Below the pieces are notes generated by a model that saw only the letters and a program-made list of their open reading frames with translations, did no database searches and had not been told where the DNA came from. DNA of 62,378 nt, the filler included, from Ionaspis alba (lineage: Eukaryota), in assembly GCA_964255285.1 (NCBI GenBank). It is 22 parts of 22 records of this genome, joined end to end, with 100 filler letters (N's around TTAATTAATTAA, not from the genome) between each part and the next. Parts side by side here need not be neighbours in the genome. Positions count along the whole stretch, not along the records: positions 23,676 to 26,468 come from CAXUUL010001256.1; positions 26,569 to 29,338 come from CAXUUL010001257.1; positions 29,439 to 32,205 come from CAXUUL010001258.1; positions 32,306 to 35,064 come from CAXUUL010001259.1; positions 35,165 to 37,879 come from CAXUUL010001260.1; 17 more parts are not named here. The stretch is one strand, 5' to 3'. Below, piece after piece: positions 24,772-35,916 of the stretch; position 1 is the first letter of the stretch; every line of letters starts with the position of its first letter. The position numbers and the translations under genes were made by a program.

Positions 24772-26468
24772 ATGGGTGCCTTTGGTTCGACTAACTTGGC
24801 GACCATATTCGGGTATACTTCAACGGAAACATTGTTCATGATTGGCTTGATTGCTGACTATATCCCAATAGCACCGTGCTTGGATCAGCACTCGTCCTGA
24901 CTGTTCTCGTGGGATTGTCCCGTCGATATTGGAAGAACCACAAGTAAGAGATTCATATCATTGAGGAAGATTTACTAATACACTCCTGGTTAGCCTACGG
25001 AAGCATACCTCCAACGATCTCGAAGCAGGACGAGGACGAGCCATCAAGAGAGGGTTCAGGAAAAGCTTACGTGGGGAGGGAGACCTATTCGGAGTCAGAG
25101 CGATCGAGTCTGGATACTATGGAGGAGTCGCACAATCGAGACCAACATCACGAGCTGGAAGTCTTCACTCTCCACAAGGATCACAATCCTCCACTTTGAT
25201 CGGGAGCCGCATGTCTCCAAAGCTGGTGCATGTGTCACAAAACAGCAGCGTCATCTCCCTGCCGATCAGCCCCAGAATCGCATCGCCTCTCAGACAGACC
25301 ATCACCGTAGATGGAATCAGCAGATCCCAAGCTCCAGCCCTCGTCGCAAGACCTGGCAAGAGCAGACTCAGAGCTTGGGAAGTGGAAACCACAGTACCTC
25401 GACCCTCGACTGCCAATTCAGATATCGGCGTTGCGAATACAAGAGCGCCTTCTCCCACATCTCCAGTATCATCACGCCATCAGCGCGATGCGAGCGATGA
25501 CGGTCCACCTCAGCTGGACCTTGGCATGAGCGATTTTAGAGCTTCCTTTAGATCCATCTTCCCTATCCAAGACTGGAATGCAGATTCTTCAGGAGATACG
25601 GAATCTAGACGATCTATATCATATTCCAGACCACTTTCGCAAAAACGAAGATCACGTTCCGTCGGCGACTTTTCTGTTCCGCAGAGCCCTTTGCCTGTTT
25701 ACAATGGCGAGAAGAGCTTCTTCGCAGGGACTACGCATGATCGATCTGCTAGCAAAGACACCAATAGAACCGAGTCAAAGGTCAACTTAGAGCTGGCCGA
25801 TTTAGGTAACTCATTCCTTCACTCAAGACCACTCCATCTCTCTAACCCACCACCTCCACAGAACCCACTCAATCCCCCAAACCAATCAACCCCCGGACCA
25901 CCGTCGGAAACTGGGGTCCCGAAATCTTCCAAGAAATTGACAAAACCCTCCAAGTCTCCCGCTCCATCACCACCTCCCCGGACAAAGAATCCCAGCATAG
26001 TCATAGCTCCTCCTCATCCTCCAGCTCCATCTACAGCCTCCACGACGACTTCGACCTCCTACCCCGTCGAACAGGATCCCCGGATTCGCAGAATACTTAC
26101 TCCTCGTCCAAACCGTTTGTCGTGAAGACGTCCGAGACTATAAATGTGCAGAAGATGGGTGCCAAGTATCCGGCTCCTACGAAGGCGCTTCCGACGCTGC
26201 CGGCTATGCATGCTTCGAAGGCTTCGGTTGTTTCGATCTCGAAATATAAAGCTTACAGACCTACTTCTACGGCTACCACTCCAGCCACAACTACATCCAC
26301 ACCCGCAGCACCTCCTCCATCAACGACGACATCCACACCCCGCACCCGCGCCCCCTCAGACGCCCTCTCCGACCTCTACGACTCCTACCACGACCCCTCC
26401 AAGCCCTCTCACCCTCCTCTTCACCACCATCACCGCAAAAACCCTAGCCGCTCACTCACACCCTCAAC
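24772..26468 (+). CDS. Uncharacterised single-pass membrane protein with a long S/P-rich tail, 3'-truncated
   Basis: ATG 24772; introns 24813-24871, 24944-24993 and 25806-25861 give a continuous frame: N-terminal TM (TVLGSALVLTVLVGL), then the conserved-looking GDLFGVRAIESGYYGGVAQSRP motif, then a disordered tail. Confidence 0.7.
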
Positions 26469-26568
26469 NNNNNNNNNNNNNNNNNNNNNNNNNNNNNNNN
26501 NNNNNNNNNNNNTTAATTAATTAANNNNNNNNNNNNNNNNNNNNNNNNNNNNNNNNNNNNNNNNNNNN

Positions 26569-27381
26569 TGATATTCGAAAGTTACAAACCGATAGGACGT
26601 AATGTCGGGGGCGTAGAAGGCAAGGACGGCTTCGAAGGTTACGGCGTAAGACGAGCCCCCCATATACCCTTACCTCTACTTACCACTAGACAACCAAGAT
26701 CCCAAAGAACGGCATTTTGAGCCTCACCAAAGAAGCAGCAGCCTTCTCCCACCCTATCATTATCGACAACCATATGCCAATCCTCCGAGCCTTCACAAAA
26801 GCCATGACCGCAGCTGGAGCCACATTGCTCAGCTCCCTCTCCCGACCCTTAACGTTGACGGCGATGGCACTCTCGATAGTTTTCACCGCCCTAACGTGCC
26901 ATCCGCAGACGTCGTCCGTCTTCTTAAATACCATTCGCAACCCATGCACAAGCACGGTGTCTTTCATGCGTCCCATACAGACCTTGGGAGTTTGACTCTA
27001 CTTTTCAGCCGTCAACCCGGCCTACAATTCTTAGCACCCGACTCGGAAGAATGGGTCTGGGTGGCGCCCAAGGAAGGGCACGCCGTAGTAAATGTAGGCG
27101 ACGGTTTGTCCTTGCTGACCAATGGACTGTTCCGCTCGTGTTTGCACTGGGTTGGGCCTCTACCTGGACGGCCGTCTGGGGTTAGGTACAGCTTTGCATA
27201 CTTGGTCAGGGCGGAAGATAAGACGCCTATGACAGGCGTGAAAAGTGCGAGTTTGCCAACGTGCCGAGAGGGCCAACCGGTCTTGACGAGCGGGGAATTG
27301 CTTTCGAGAAAATTTGGGCCGACTGGGTGGGGGACTTTGGGGGTGGAGGGCGAGAAAGTCGTGAGAGGGGAAAAGAGCTGA
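26569..27381 (+). pseudogene. 2-oxoglutarate/Fe(II) dioxygenase (IPNS-like), frameshifted and 5'-truncated
   Basis: N-terminal part (YKPIG...DGFEGY|...LLSSLSR) and catalytic part (VRLLKY...HTDLGSLTLLF...GLQ...VNVGD...CLH...RYS) are in different frames. The switch is at about 26846, with no intron signals there. Confidence 0.65.
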
Positions 27382-27469
27382 GTGTAGGAGGGATTGATTA
27401 TCGAGGGGTTCTCCAGATGTGTTTCACTCAATGTATCCTGTTTATTTGGCTTCCTCAATGGTTTTTAAC

Positions 27470-28585
27470 TCACTGCGTATCAGGAGGCATAAAATCTATA
27501 TGCCGTTTCTGCTTCTGATCCTTACCTTTGCTGTGGTACTCATCGACGTTCCCAGCACCGACAAATCTCATCACCCACTCAGTGACTTTTTTGACCTTTG
27601 TAGTCTGCGGATCCGTCGTGATGTCTCCATCTAGCTCATGAGCTCTGTACACACCAGCTTCGTCCTTCCTATCCAGGACATTCCGATACAGTAAATCAAT
27701 CTTGGTCAGATCCTTTCTTAAGCTCTGCCCATATACGTTGGAGCGAAAGCTGCTCAATGCCACGTTGCGCATGAGGACAACATCTTGCGGCCTTAATCTG
27801 CTGGCAACTGCCTTCATACTCCCGCCCTCCAGGCCAGTTGGCTGGAGCCATAGATTGATACCAAATCCTGCCTTGGTTTCGTCCCCAACCGTCATTTCAA
27901 CGAGTTCCACCATGCGTCCTCCTCGGCGAGTCTTAATGCTCCGTGGTTGTGGCATAGATATGATGCCAACAACTAGGTTGACTGTCATGGTCTGAGGATT
28001 GATAGATCGAAGGTATCCAGCACTAGGTATGTTCTTGAGGTCACACAAATGTCCTACCACTGGTCTCGATTGAAAAGGAGAGCCCTGGGGAACCTGAGAT
28101 TCCAATTCACAGAACGAAGGGTCTGAAGTGGCCGTCATAAACGAAGTCTCGTTAGAACTCTCAAAACCCATGATTTGAGAACTTTGAACATCTTCGTGAG
28201 CCATGAAGGATTGTTCATAGAACTGTGTCGCAATCTCTTCGGCGCCTGCCAGTGCTACATCTGTGTCCTGAGAGGCTGCGGAAGATTCAAAAGACAGGTT
28301 TCTTGTGTCTAAGAAAGATGTCTCGTCTGGACCGAAACTGGAGTCATATCCTACTACGTCTGCCTCGAACTCTTCCTGTTGTGTTAGTCCGCTTCGCAGA
28401 CGCTTTAGAGCCAGCGGAATAGATCGCCATGTTGGACCTGTATCAGTGACTGGGTCGGAGGGCTTCATTGCTCTTGACCTGTTGTTAGTAAAGCAGGGTA
28501 AAAGTGGAGTAGTCAAGTCCTCTGTTCTCCACTGCAAAGAGCCTGCTTCTGGAGCTCCAGTGAACATTATAATCTTGCTGAGCAT
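27470..28585 (-). CDS. OB-fold nucleic-acid-binding protein resembling the SHLD2 (shieldin) first OB domain
   Basis: Intronless ORF, probable ATG 28585. Acidic/Ser-rich N-half, then TVNLVVGII...RSIKTRRGG..VELVEMTVGDETKAGFGINLW...LRPQDVVLMRNVALSSFRSNVYGQS, an OB-fold pattern. Confidence 0.7.
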   Translation of the reverse strand: MLSKIIMFTGAPEAGSLQWRTEDLTTPLLPCFTNNRSRAMKPSDPVTDTGPTWRSIPLALKRLRSGLTQQEEFEADVVGYDSSFGPDETSFLDTRNLSFESSAASQDTDVALAGAEEIATQFYEQSFMAHEDVQSSQIMGFESSNETSFMTATSDPSFCELESQVPQGSPFQSRPVVGHLCDLKNIPSAGYLRSINPQTMTVNLVVGIISMPQPRSIKTRRGGRMVELVEMTVGDETKAGFGINLWLQPTGLEGGSMKAVASRLRPQDVVLMRNVALSSFRSNVYGQSLRKDLTKIDLLYRNVLDRKDEAGVYRAHELDGDITTDPQTTKVKKVTEWVMRFVGAGNVDEYHSKGKDQKQKRHIDFMPPDTQ

Positions 28586-28956
28586 GATGATAGGAAAGCT
28601 TTTATCTAAGTAACGTGTGCAATTGTATCTTTGCATGCACCTCTATGAGGATCCAATGAAAGTAAATGTTGGCCTGAGGTCCACACCGACAGGTCCGTAC
28701 GCGTACGTACTCGAGTAAGGCTTTCTCAGTGCTTACGCAAGCTTGGTAAGAATCATGCCCCGGAGTCAGGGGGAGCTGGACCATATCTTAAAGACATTCT
28801 CTTTCCTCCAGCGTTTTTGACCTAATGCTATCGCGTATTAAGTCGACCTCTAAACCACGAAGAGGTGCACCACGGGCTTGTTGACAGCGGAATTGCTCCG
28901 CGCAAATACGGATCGGAGAAAATTACTTGGCACCCTCCATCATGCGCAACCCAACC

Positions 28957-29316
28957 ATGACCTCCACTCTTTCTTCCCTCGTTCGCCGCGGCGCCGCCTT
29001 CCTAACCCCGAACACCTCCTCGCAGAATCTCGCAGCAGCCAATGGCTTTGTCACAGCTCCCGAGGGTTCCCTTTTCTCAAAAGTCGATCCCGAGGTCGAT
29101 GGCGAGGATTGTGACCACGACTGCGAGTCGTGTGAGATCCGGTATCCGGCAAAATGGAGCATCGATGAGGACGAGAAGTTATATGGTCATGTGAAAGGAT
29201 GGGCCACTCATATGCTTGTGGCAACAGGAAAGACAGACTGGGTGCGGGATGTGGAAGATGAGAAGGGGAGTGTGATGGAGGCGGTGGGCAAGAGTGGGAT
29301 AAAGCCTGGCAATGGA
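28957..29316 (+). CDS. APD1: Apd1-like sucrase/ferredoxin-family protein, first exon only
   Basis: DGEDCDHDCESC...LYGHVKGWATHMLVATGKTDWVRDVEDEKGSVMEA; GTATGC donor at 29317, then the contig ends. Confidence 0.8.
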
Positions 29317-29935
29317 GTATGCTTTCTTCTTCCCTTCCNNNNNNNNNNNNNNNNNNNNNNNNNNNNNNNNNNNNNNNNNNNNTTAATTAATTAANNNNNN
29401 NNNNNNNNNNNNNNNNNNNNNNNNNNNNNNNNNNNNNNTCTCTTCGGGACAGGCGAACATCGTCAACGCTCAGAGAATTGCGAGGAAGAAGAACCATCTA
29501 GCACTGTATCTCACTACGGGCTTTTGAAAGAATCTGAGAGATACCTAAGACTAGCCAATGGGCGTTTGTAGTTTCCTGACTTGCTTACATTTCCCATCGC
29601 ATTCTTGCATTGGTTCGTCGATAGCGATGTCTCACTTGTTACCTTTCCGTATTCGGTCGAACGAAACTCAAACACAATGAACGACACGAACAAAGGATTT
29701 CTCCCTCCCATCCGCCCAAAATATCCCCACAATCACCTGAACCAAAGACATCAACTTCGTCAGAGAACAAAGAAACCAAAGACACGATGATGCGCAAACG
29801 AGCAATGGCCCAAGTTACAAAGAAGCTCTGTTTCGTTACATTCCAATTATTCCCCTCAACCCCTACGATTATCGCCTTTGCAGTCAAAGAAACGACAACT
29901 GCTCTCAGCGCGATAGCCAATGTGGTTCTCTCTCC

Positions 29936-32205
29936 ATGTTCGGCCACCGAGTCCTACCGCCACTCCCTCCTCAGACTGTCTCCTCTTCCACGAATCTTCC
30001 AGCTACAAGACAGGACACTCTGCTGCAGCACAGGATCATGACGAGTGATAAGCCCCAGAGCTCTGTGGAAAGATGCATAAATCGACGATCTTCCCAGAAT
30101 TCATTGTCGCCAGCTGATAACCACCTTCCCAATTCCCCTGGTAAAGAGTCAGCGGAAGGTCTTCAGATCTCCTCTCCAGGTGCAATACGAGTGTCAGATC
30201 GCTTGATCCGTAAGCGCACATCGTCGTTGGCTTCGGCCGAAGACACGGGGAATTCAGAGAGGACGTTACCACCGATCTCGGCATCAACCACTCTTGCACA
30301 AGCTGGGGATTCGCCAAGTCAAGTCTGTCTGTGTCAACCTGACCCTAAAGTTCCTCGACCACGGAACGGTATGTAGCTATTTTGCTGAGCCTCGTCGTGA
30401 ATTATGTTGATCGCTCAACTCAATGCCCGATCTCATTCACCATGAATCAACCGTACATGGCTGACAAGAATCCCTCCCCAGCTTTCATCCTGTATCGTCA
30501 ACATCATCAGGCCAACGTCGTTGCACAGCATCCTGGATTAGCTAATCCAGAGATATCGAAAATCATTGGAGATCATTGGAGGTCTTCTCCATTAGAAGTG
30601 AAGAACCATTGGAAGATACTAGCCGAGGTGAGTCGACACAATCACCTAATCGTATCATGTAGAATCCTTGACTTATTCAGCTTAGGAAGAAAAACTTCGT
30701 CACCAGAGACAGTACCCAGACTACCGCTATCAGCCTCGACGGGCCGGACGCAATTCAATTTCCAATTCCGCATCAACAAACAGCACCGAAAAATCACGCT
30801 GCTCGAAGTGCGGCGGTAAGAGTATGTCCACACCCAACTTGTCCACACCGGGTACGGCAACTCCAGGAACCCCGATAACCGGATACGGCTCATTACCGCT
30901 CAGCACTCCCTCTACGGGAGGTAGTGGGAGTCGCTTCATGCGATTGATGGGAAGTCCGCCCGTGCCACAGCCACCCGGTTTCCGGCAACGTCCTGCAATG
31001 CCGGGCCATGGAAACCCAGCTCTACAGCTCTTGACCTCGCGAGACCGTCGCCCCGATGACCCGGCTTCTCCAATGAGTCCAGATGCCAAACGTCTTCGAT
31101 TTGGCAATGGCTCACATGCACCTTCGCGTGTTGGCAATGGCCAAACGACACCCTTTCCCTCCAATAATCGTCGAGAATCCCTACCAAGACCCGACTTCAT
31201 GCCCAAGAACCAGTTCGCAATGGCAGCTCCTCCACGTCCGCTCCACACCCACAATACCTCCCATGACAACTCCCTTACCCTCCCACCTCTGAAAACAGGC
31301 AGCGTATCCGAAGCCTCCACCCAAGCCAAATCAGTCGAAGCAATGATCATGTCTATCTCTTCGATCAACAAAATCAAAGTCCTCGCCAAGATCTGCCCTC
31401 CCCTCTCCCCACCCGGACCCATGTCCCCACCTCATTCAACCCGGGGACCCGTGATCGCCATCGACGGCGCTGACGACGAAGCCGTCAAGGCCCTCACCAA
31501 ATACCTCACCAATTTCTTCTCCAAAGACCCCGAGTACCACATCCGTGTCTGGGACAGTCCGGCGCTCGATCCCCACAACAGCGAAACCTCCTTCGCAGCC
31601 TACCTGCAGCTTATTACGCACTGGCATTCCATTTCCACCGAGATTAGCAAGTACGTCACCACTCTCCCATCACCGCGTTCGCCATCGCCCATATCGCCCA
31701 AGACCAAGCTGCCGCCGGAGTTTGAAGGGCGTATGACACGGTCTGCAAACCAGAATGCGGGTGCTGCCGCGGACAACACAGGCTTCAGGAATCCGCCCTC
31801 TCATCCGTTGCAGTCTACTTCCTCGCCTCTCCCGGTCGCTATCATCCCAGGTTTCCAGCTCACTCTTACCGATGCCGCCGCTTCCACGATCCCCATTACG
31901 GATGCTTATGCCCCGATCGATCATTGGCAGTGGATGGCGACGCTGTGGCGTGGGGTTGTGGGACCGGATATCACTATTGTCGTCAAATCCACCGGAAGCG
32001 GGAATCCGGAAGCTAACAGCGCGAATGGGGTGTCGAGTCCTAGAGATGATGGGGCTAAGGGTCAGGGGCCTGGTGTCGAGGATAGGTTGAGAGATGCGAG
32101 GGCGATTGTTGTGAGAGGTGAGGGAGGAAAAATTGGGGAGAAGGAGTTGAGGAGGGTAGGATTCGAGGTTGGAGAGTGGGTGAGGGGGTTGGCGGAGGGG
32201 AGAGG
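29936..32205 (+). CDS. MATA-type HMG-box transcription factor (Rox1/Rfg1-like), 3'-truncated just before the end
   Basis: CLCQPDPKVPRPRN|AFILYRQHHQANVVAQHPGLANPEISKIIGDHWR...WKILAE|EEKLRHQRQYPDYRYQPRR with introns 30369-30481 and 30628-30685. Long C-terminal region including DAYAPIDHWQWMATLWRG. Confidence 0.88.
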
Positions 32206-32464
32206 NNNNNNNNNNNNNNNNNNNNNNNNNNNNNNNNNNNNNNNNNNNNTTAATTAATTAANNNNNNNNNNNNNNNNNNNNNNNNNNNNNNNNNNNNNNN
32301 NNNNNGTCTGTGCTTCATTCATGACTTTCCGACCGGCAACTGTATGAGAGCTCAACAATTCAATACGCGTCACTGAGCACACATCCTGTCTGACACTCTG
32401 TCTGAGACCTGCAGCACACCTCTTGTAGACTCGAGCACTGCCATCTCCCACCACATTAGATACG

Positions 32465-34807
32465 ATGGCAGACTACAGTTATGGAGGCTCGGACGAAGAA
32501 AATGCGGAGCTGAAGAAGCTCAACACTGAAGTGGTTGGTATACCTGCAAGCCCTGCGCCGGTTCTTACTGACACTCTGTACAGTTAGAAGACCCAGATAG
32601 CTTTGAAAACTGGGAGAAATTAGTGCGCGCAGCAGAGACCTTGGAAGGAGGTCTCAATCGGAACTCGAACCCACAATCAATAGCTGCTACCAGAGACATC
32701 TACGACCGCTTTCTCGCCAAGTTCCCATTACTCTTTGGATATTGGAAGAAATATGCGGATCTGGAATTCTCGATTGCTGGGACAGAGGCAGCAGAATTGG
32801 TATTTGAATGCTGCATGACGAGGCCGGATCAAATATGCTGATGGAAGCCAGGTGTATGAACGGGGGGTAGCGAGCATTACAAACTCTGTTGATCTCTGGA
32901 CAAACTACTGCGCCTTCAAAGTCGAAACCAGTCACGATTCCGAGGTCATCCGAGAGTAAGTAGAGAAAGATGTACTTTCCTTCCCATAACCTCGACACCT
33001 ACAGCATGGCTTCCCACGACATGGGGGGCTGCCAGAGGCTCTTCAAGCTTTGCTTGTCGATGGGTGAGAAAGTCACAACCAGCTCTACGAGATTGCTTCT
33101 CACATTAGACACTCAGGCGATTTCTTTTCCTTCAATCCCAGATTGACCACTTCCACGCCATCACTGTTTTCACCCGAGAGTAAAGTTTGATGGATTTTGT
33201 CGGGATGATCCCATATATGCATGTTTGCTGCCCTCTCTGCCTTCTCCTTGCGATATGATCCCTGTCCCATGTTGCGATGCATTACTGACAATAGATACCT
33301 ACAGACTCTTTGAGAGGGGAGCTACATGTGTTGGCCTAGACTTTCTTGCTCATCCATTTTGGGATAAGTATCTGGAATTTGAGGAACGTTTGGAAATGAA
33401 CGACAAGATCTTTGCCATATTGGATCGAGTCGTGCATATTCCGATGCACCAATATGCCAGATACTTTGAGCGCTATCGCCAGCTTGCACAATCACGACCA
33501 GTGACTGAGCTGCTTCCTCCCGATACACTCGCGCAGTTCCGTGCCGAAATCGACCGGGAGAATCGAGATGTAGCAGCTATGCAACAAATGAATGTTGAGA
33601 AAGGAGAAGCGGAGATTGAGCGAGACCTGAGAACCCGTATCGACAATTTCCATCTCGAAATATTTGGAAGAACTCAGACTGAGACCACGAAACGATGGAC
33701 TTACGAGTCGGAGGTCAAGCGTCCCTACTTTCATGTCACGGAGCTTGATGAAGGCCAGTTGGTCAACTGGCGAAAGTACCTTGACTTCGAAGAGATTGAA
33801 GGGGACTATCTGCGAACAGCATTTCTCTACGAGCGTTGTCTTGTAACATGCGCATACTACGACGAATTCTGGCTTCGATATGCTCGCTGGATGCTAGCTC
33901 AACCAAGCAAAGAGGAAGAGGTCCGCAACATATATCAGCGAGCTAGCATGCTGTACTGCCCGATCTCACGCCCTGCTGCTAGACTCCACTATGCATATTT
34001 CGAGGAAATGTGTGGTCGAGTGGAACTCGCAAAAGACATCCATCAATCCATTCTCCTCAATCTTCCTGGGCATATCGAGACGATAGTGTCACTAGCCAAC
34101 TTGTCACGTCGATACGGAGGTCTGGAAGCAGCTATCGCGGTCTACAAAGCTCAAATTGATTCGGCCGAATGCGATATCTACGCCAAAGCTGCACTTGTTG
34201 CAGAATGGGCTCGGCTCCTTTGGAAGATCAAGGGGTCCGTCGAAGAAGCTCGTCAGGTCTTCCAAAAGAATCAGCATTGGTACCTAGATAGCCGACCATT
34301 TTGGATCAACTATCTGATGTTCGAGCTGGAACAACCCACAAGTGCCGAAACGGAACCAGCGCAGTATCAGCGGATCAAGCAAGTCCATGAAGACATCCGG
34401 AGAAAGAGCCATCTGCCGCCTCTTACCATGAAGGATCTCTCGCATTACTACATGGTATATCTCCTTGAGCGAGGATCCAAGGATGCTGCCAAGGAGTACA
34501 TGATGCTTGATCGAGAAGTCAACGGGTAAGCTATTGGTTCATGGACCTCTGTTGGAGGTTCCTGTGCTGACATCACTGTACTAGACCCTTCTCAGTCCAA
34601 GCCACCATGAAAGCCAAGCTGGCTGAAGACGGCAAGACTGCAACGACCGATCGACGCCTGATAATGGAGAACGGGCACCCAGGAGTCGAAATCGACGAGG
34701 GAGCTATTCGGAGGGGCGAGAATCCATACACCAAATACTATCAACAGCAAGGCGAGCACCCTCTACCAAGTGGGAATCAGGTAAGTTTGAACCACTACAG
34801 CGCCTAA
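32465..34807 (+). CDS. PRP39: Pre-mRNA-processing factor 39 (U1 snRNP HAT-repeat protein)
   Basis: ATG 32465; introns 32534-32583, 32800-32851, 32956-33304 and 34526-34584 splice in frame. Motifs YDRFLAKFPLLFGYWKKYADLE, VGLDFLAHPFWDKY, VKRPYFHV, LYERCLVTCAYYDEFW. A further donor (GTAAGT, 34781) could extend the C-terminus. Confidence 0.95.
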
Positions 34808-35164
34808 AGCGTTTATGTTAAGTCGAAAATTTAGCCGCAACCGCTACGCTACCAGTAGACTTCAAACATCTCGTGGATCTACAAAGACCACAACGACTAG
34901 AATCTCATGGATCTTTCGGTCAATGCGGAGCTCATTATCGTGGATGTGATCCCCAAAGTGTTTGTCACGTGTGCTGGAGGAAATTTAAGTGTTGTGTATC
35001 ATAACCAGGGCTGGCTTTCTAAATGAAGATTCTGGCTTCACAAAACGCATGCAGGGAGGATCTGNNNNNNNNNNNNNNNNNNNNNNNNNNNNNNNNNNNN
35101 NNNNNNNNTTAATTAATTAANNNNNNNNNNNNNNNNNNNNNNNNNNNNNNNNNNNNNNNNNNNN

Positions 35165-35465
35165 GCTATGGAGGGTGTGGGGGAGGGGGAGGAGAGCGGA
35201 GATGTGGGGAATGGTGAGTTTTGTTCTTTTCGGGACTTGGGTTCTGCGTGTGAGAAAGGGAGGGGTTTTTTTTGACAGGTTGCTGACGGGATGCTTTCTT
35301 TTAGTGGGCTTGTCGCGGAAGAATACGCATGAGGAGGCGAGTGTGGAGCGGGGGGATGACTTGATGGCTACGAAGACGGTTACGAATGGGCGGTTGTTCA
35401 CTGAAGATGAGTTGGCGAACGCGATGACGCAGAGTACGTTGAAGCCGACTAAGACCGTTGTGTGA
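35165..35465 (+). CDS. 3' end of an unidentified gene (fragment)
   Basis: A probable intron at 35214-35304 (GTGAGT...CTGAC...TAG) gives ...ESGDVGN|VGLSRKNTHEEASVERGDDLMATKTVTNGRLFTEDELANAMTQSTLKPTKTVV*. Confidence 0.5.
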
Positions 35466-35916
35466 ATATCTACGATGTTGGCGGATATAGGGGGGTGGTG
35501 GTCTAGCTTAAGGGTTGGATATGATGGTCTAGTTTGAGGATTGGATATGATATGGAAAGGGGGGGGCCTGATATATTTTGTGTAGGAGGTTTGTCTGATA
35601 TGGGACCTCGGATATTGTGTACATCGGCTTTCTCTTTTGGACCTTCATGGTGGGAAAAGACTGTAAATATACCACTTGATTGCTGTCTGAATCCTCGTTA
35701 GAAGCATGTAGGCACACGCTGAGACTCTCAGAGAGAGTAACAGACGAGATGATCGACAAATGAGCATCATAAGAGTCATAAAGGAGAAATCTCGTAAATT
35801 TTCTAAAGTCAGGCTAGCTTTTGTGTTTATGATCCATGACTTCCATGACCTCGTATAGTTCATTGAGACAGTCTGAACAGCTGTATGATCCTTGTCACAT
35901 TTAATGACACAGATCT

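Noticed and set aside
26041..26130. Apparent overlap or frameshift between ORFs 25196-26125 and 26122-26520
   Set aside because: Resolved by a canonical intron at 25806-25861 (GTAACT...CTAAC...CAG) that places the downstream frame in the same gene.
29936..32205. HMG-box gene as mating-type MAT1-2-1
   Set aside because: The ~700-aa protein has the HMG box in the N-terminal third and a long conserved C-terminal region, fitting the Rox1/Rfg1-like regulators. No APN2/SLA2 context is visible.
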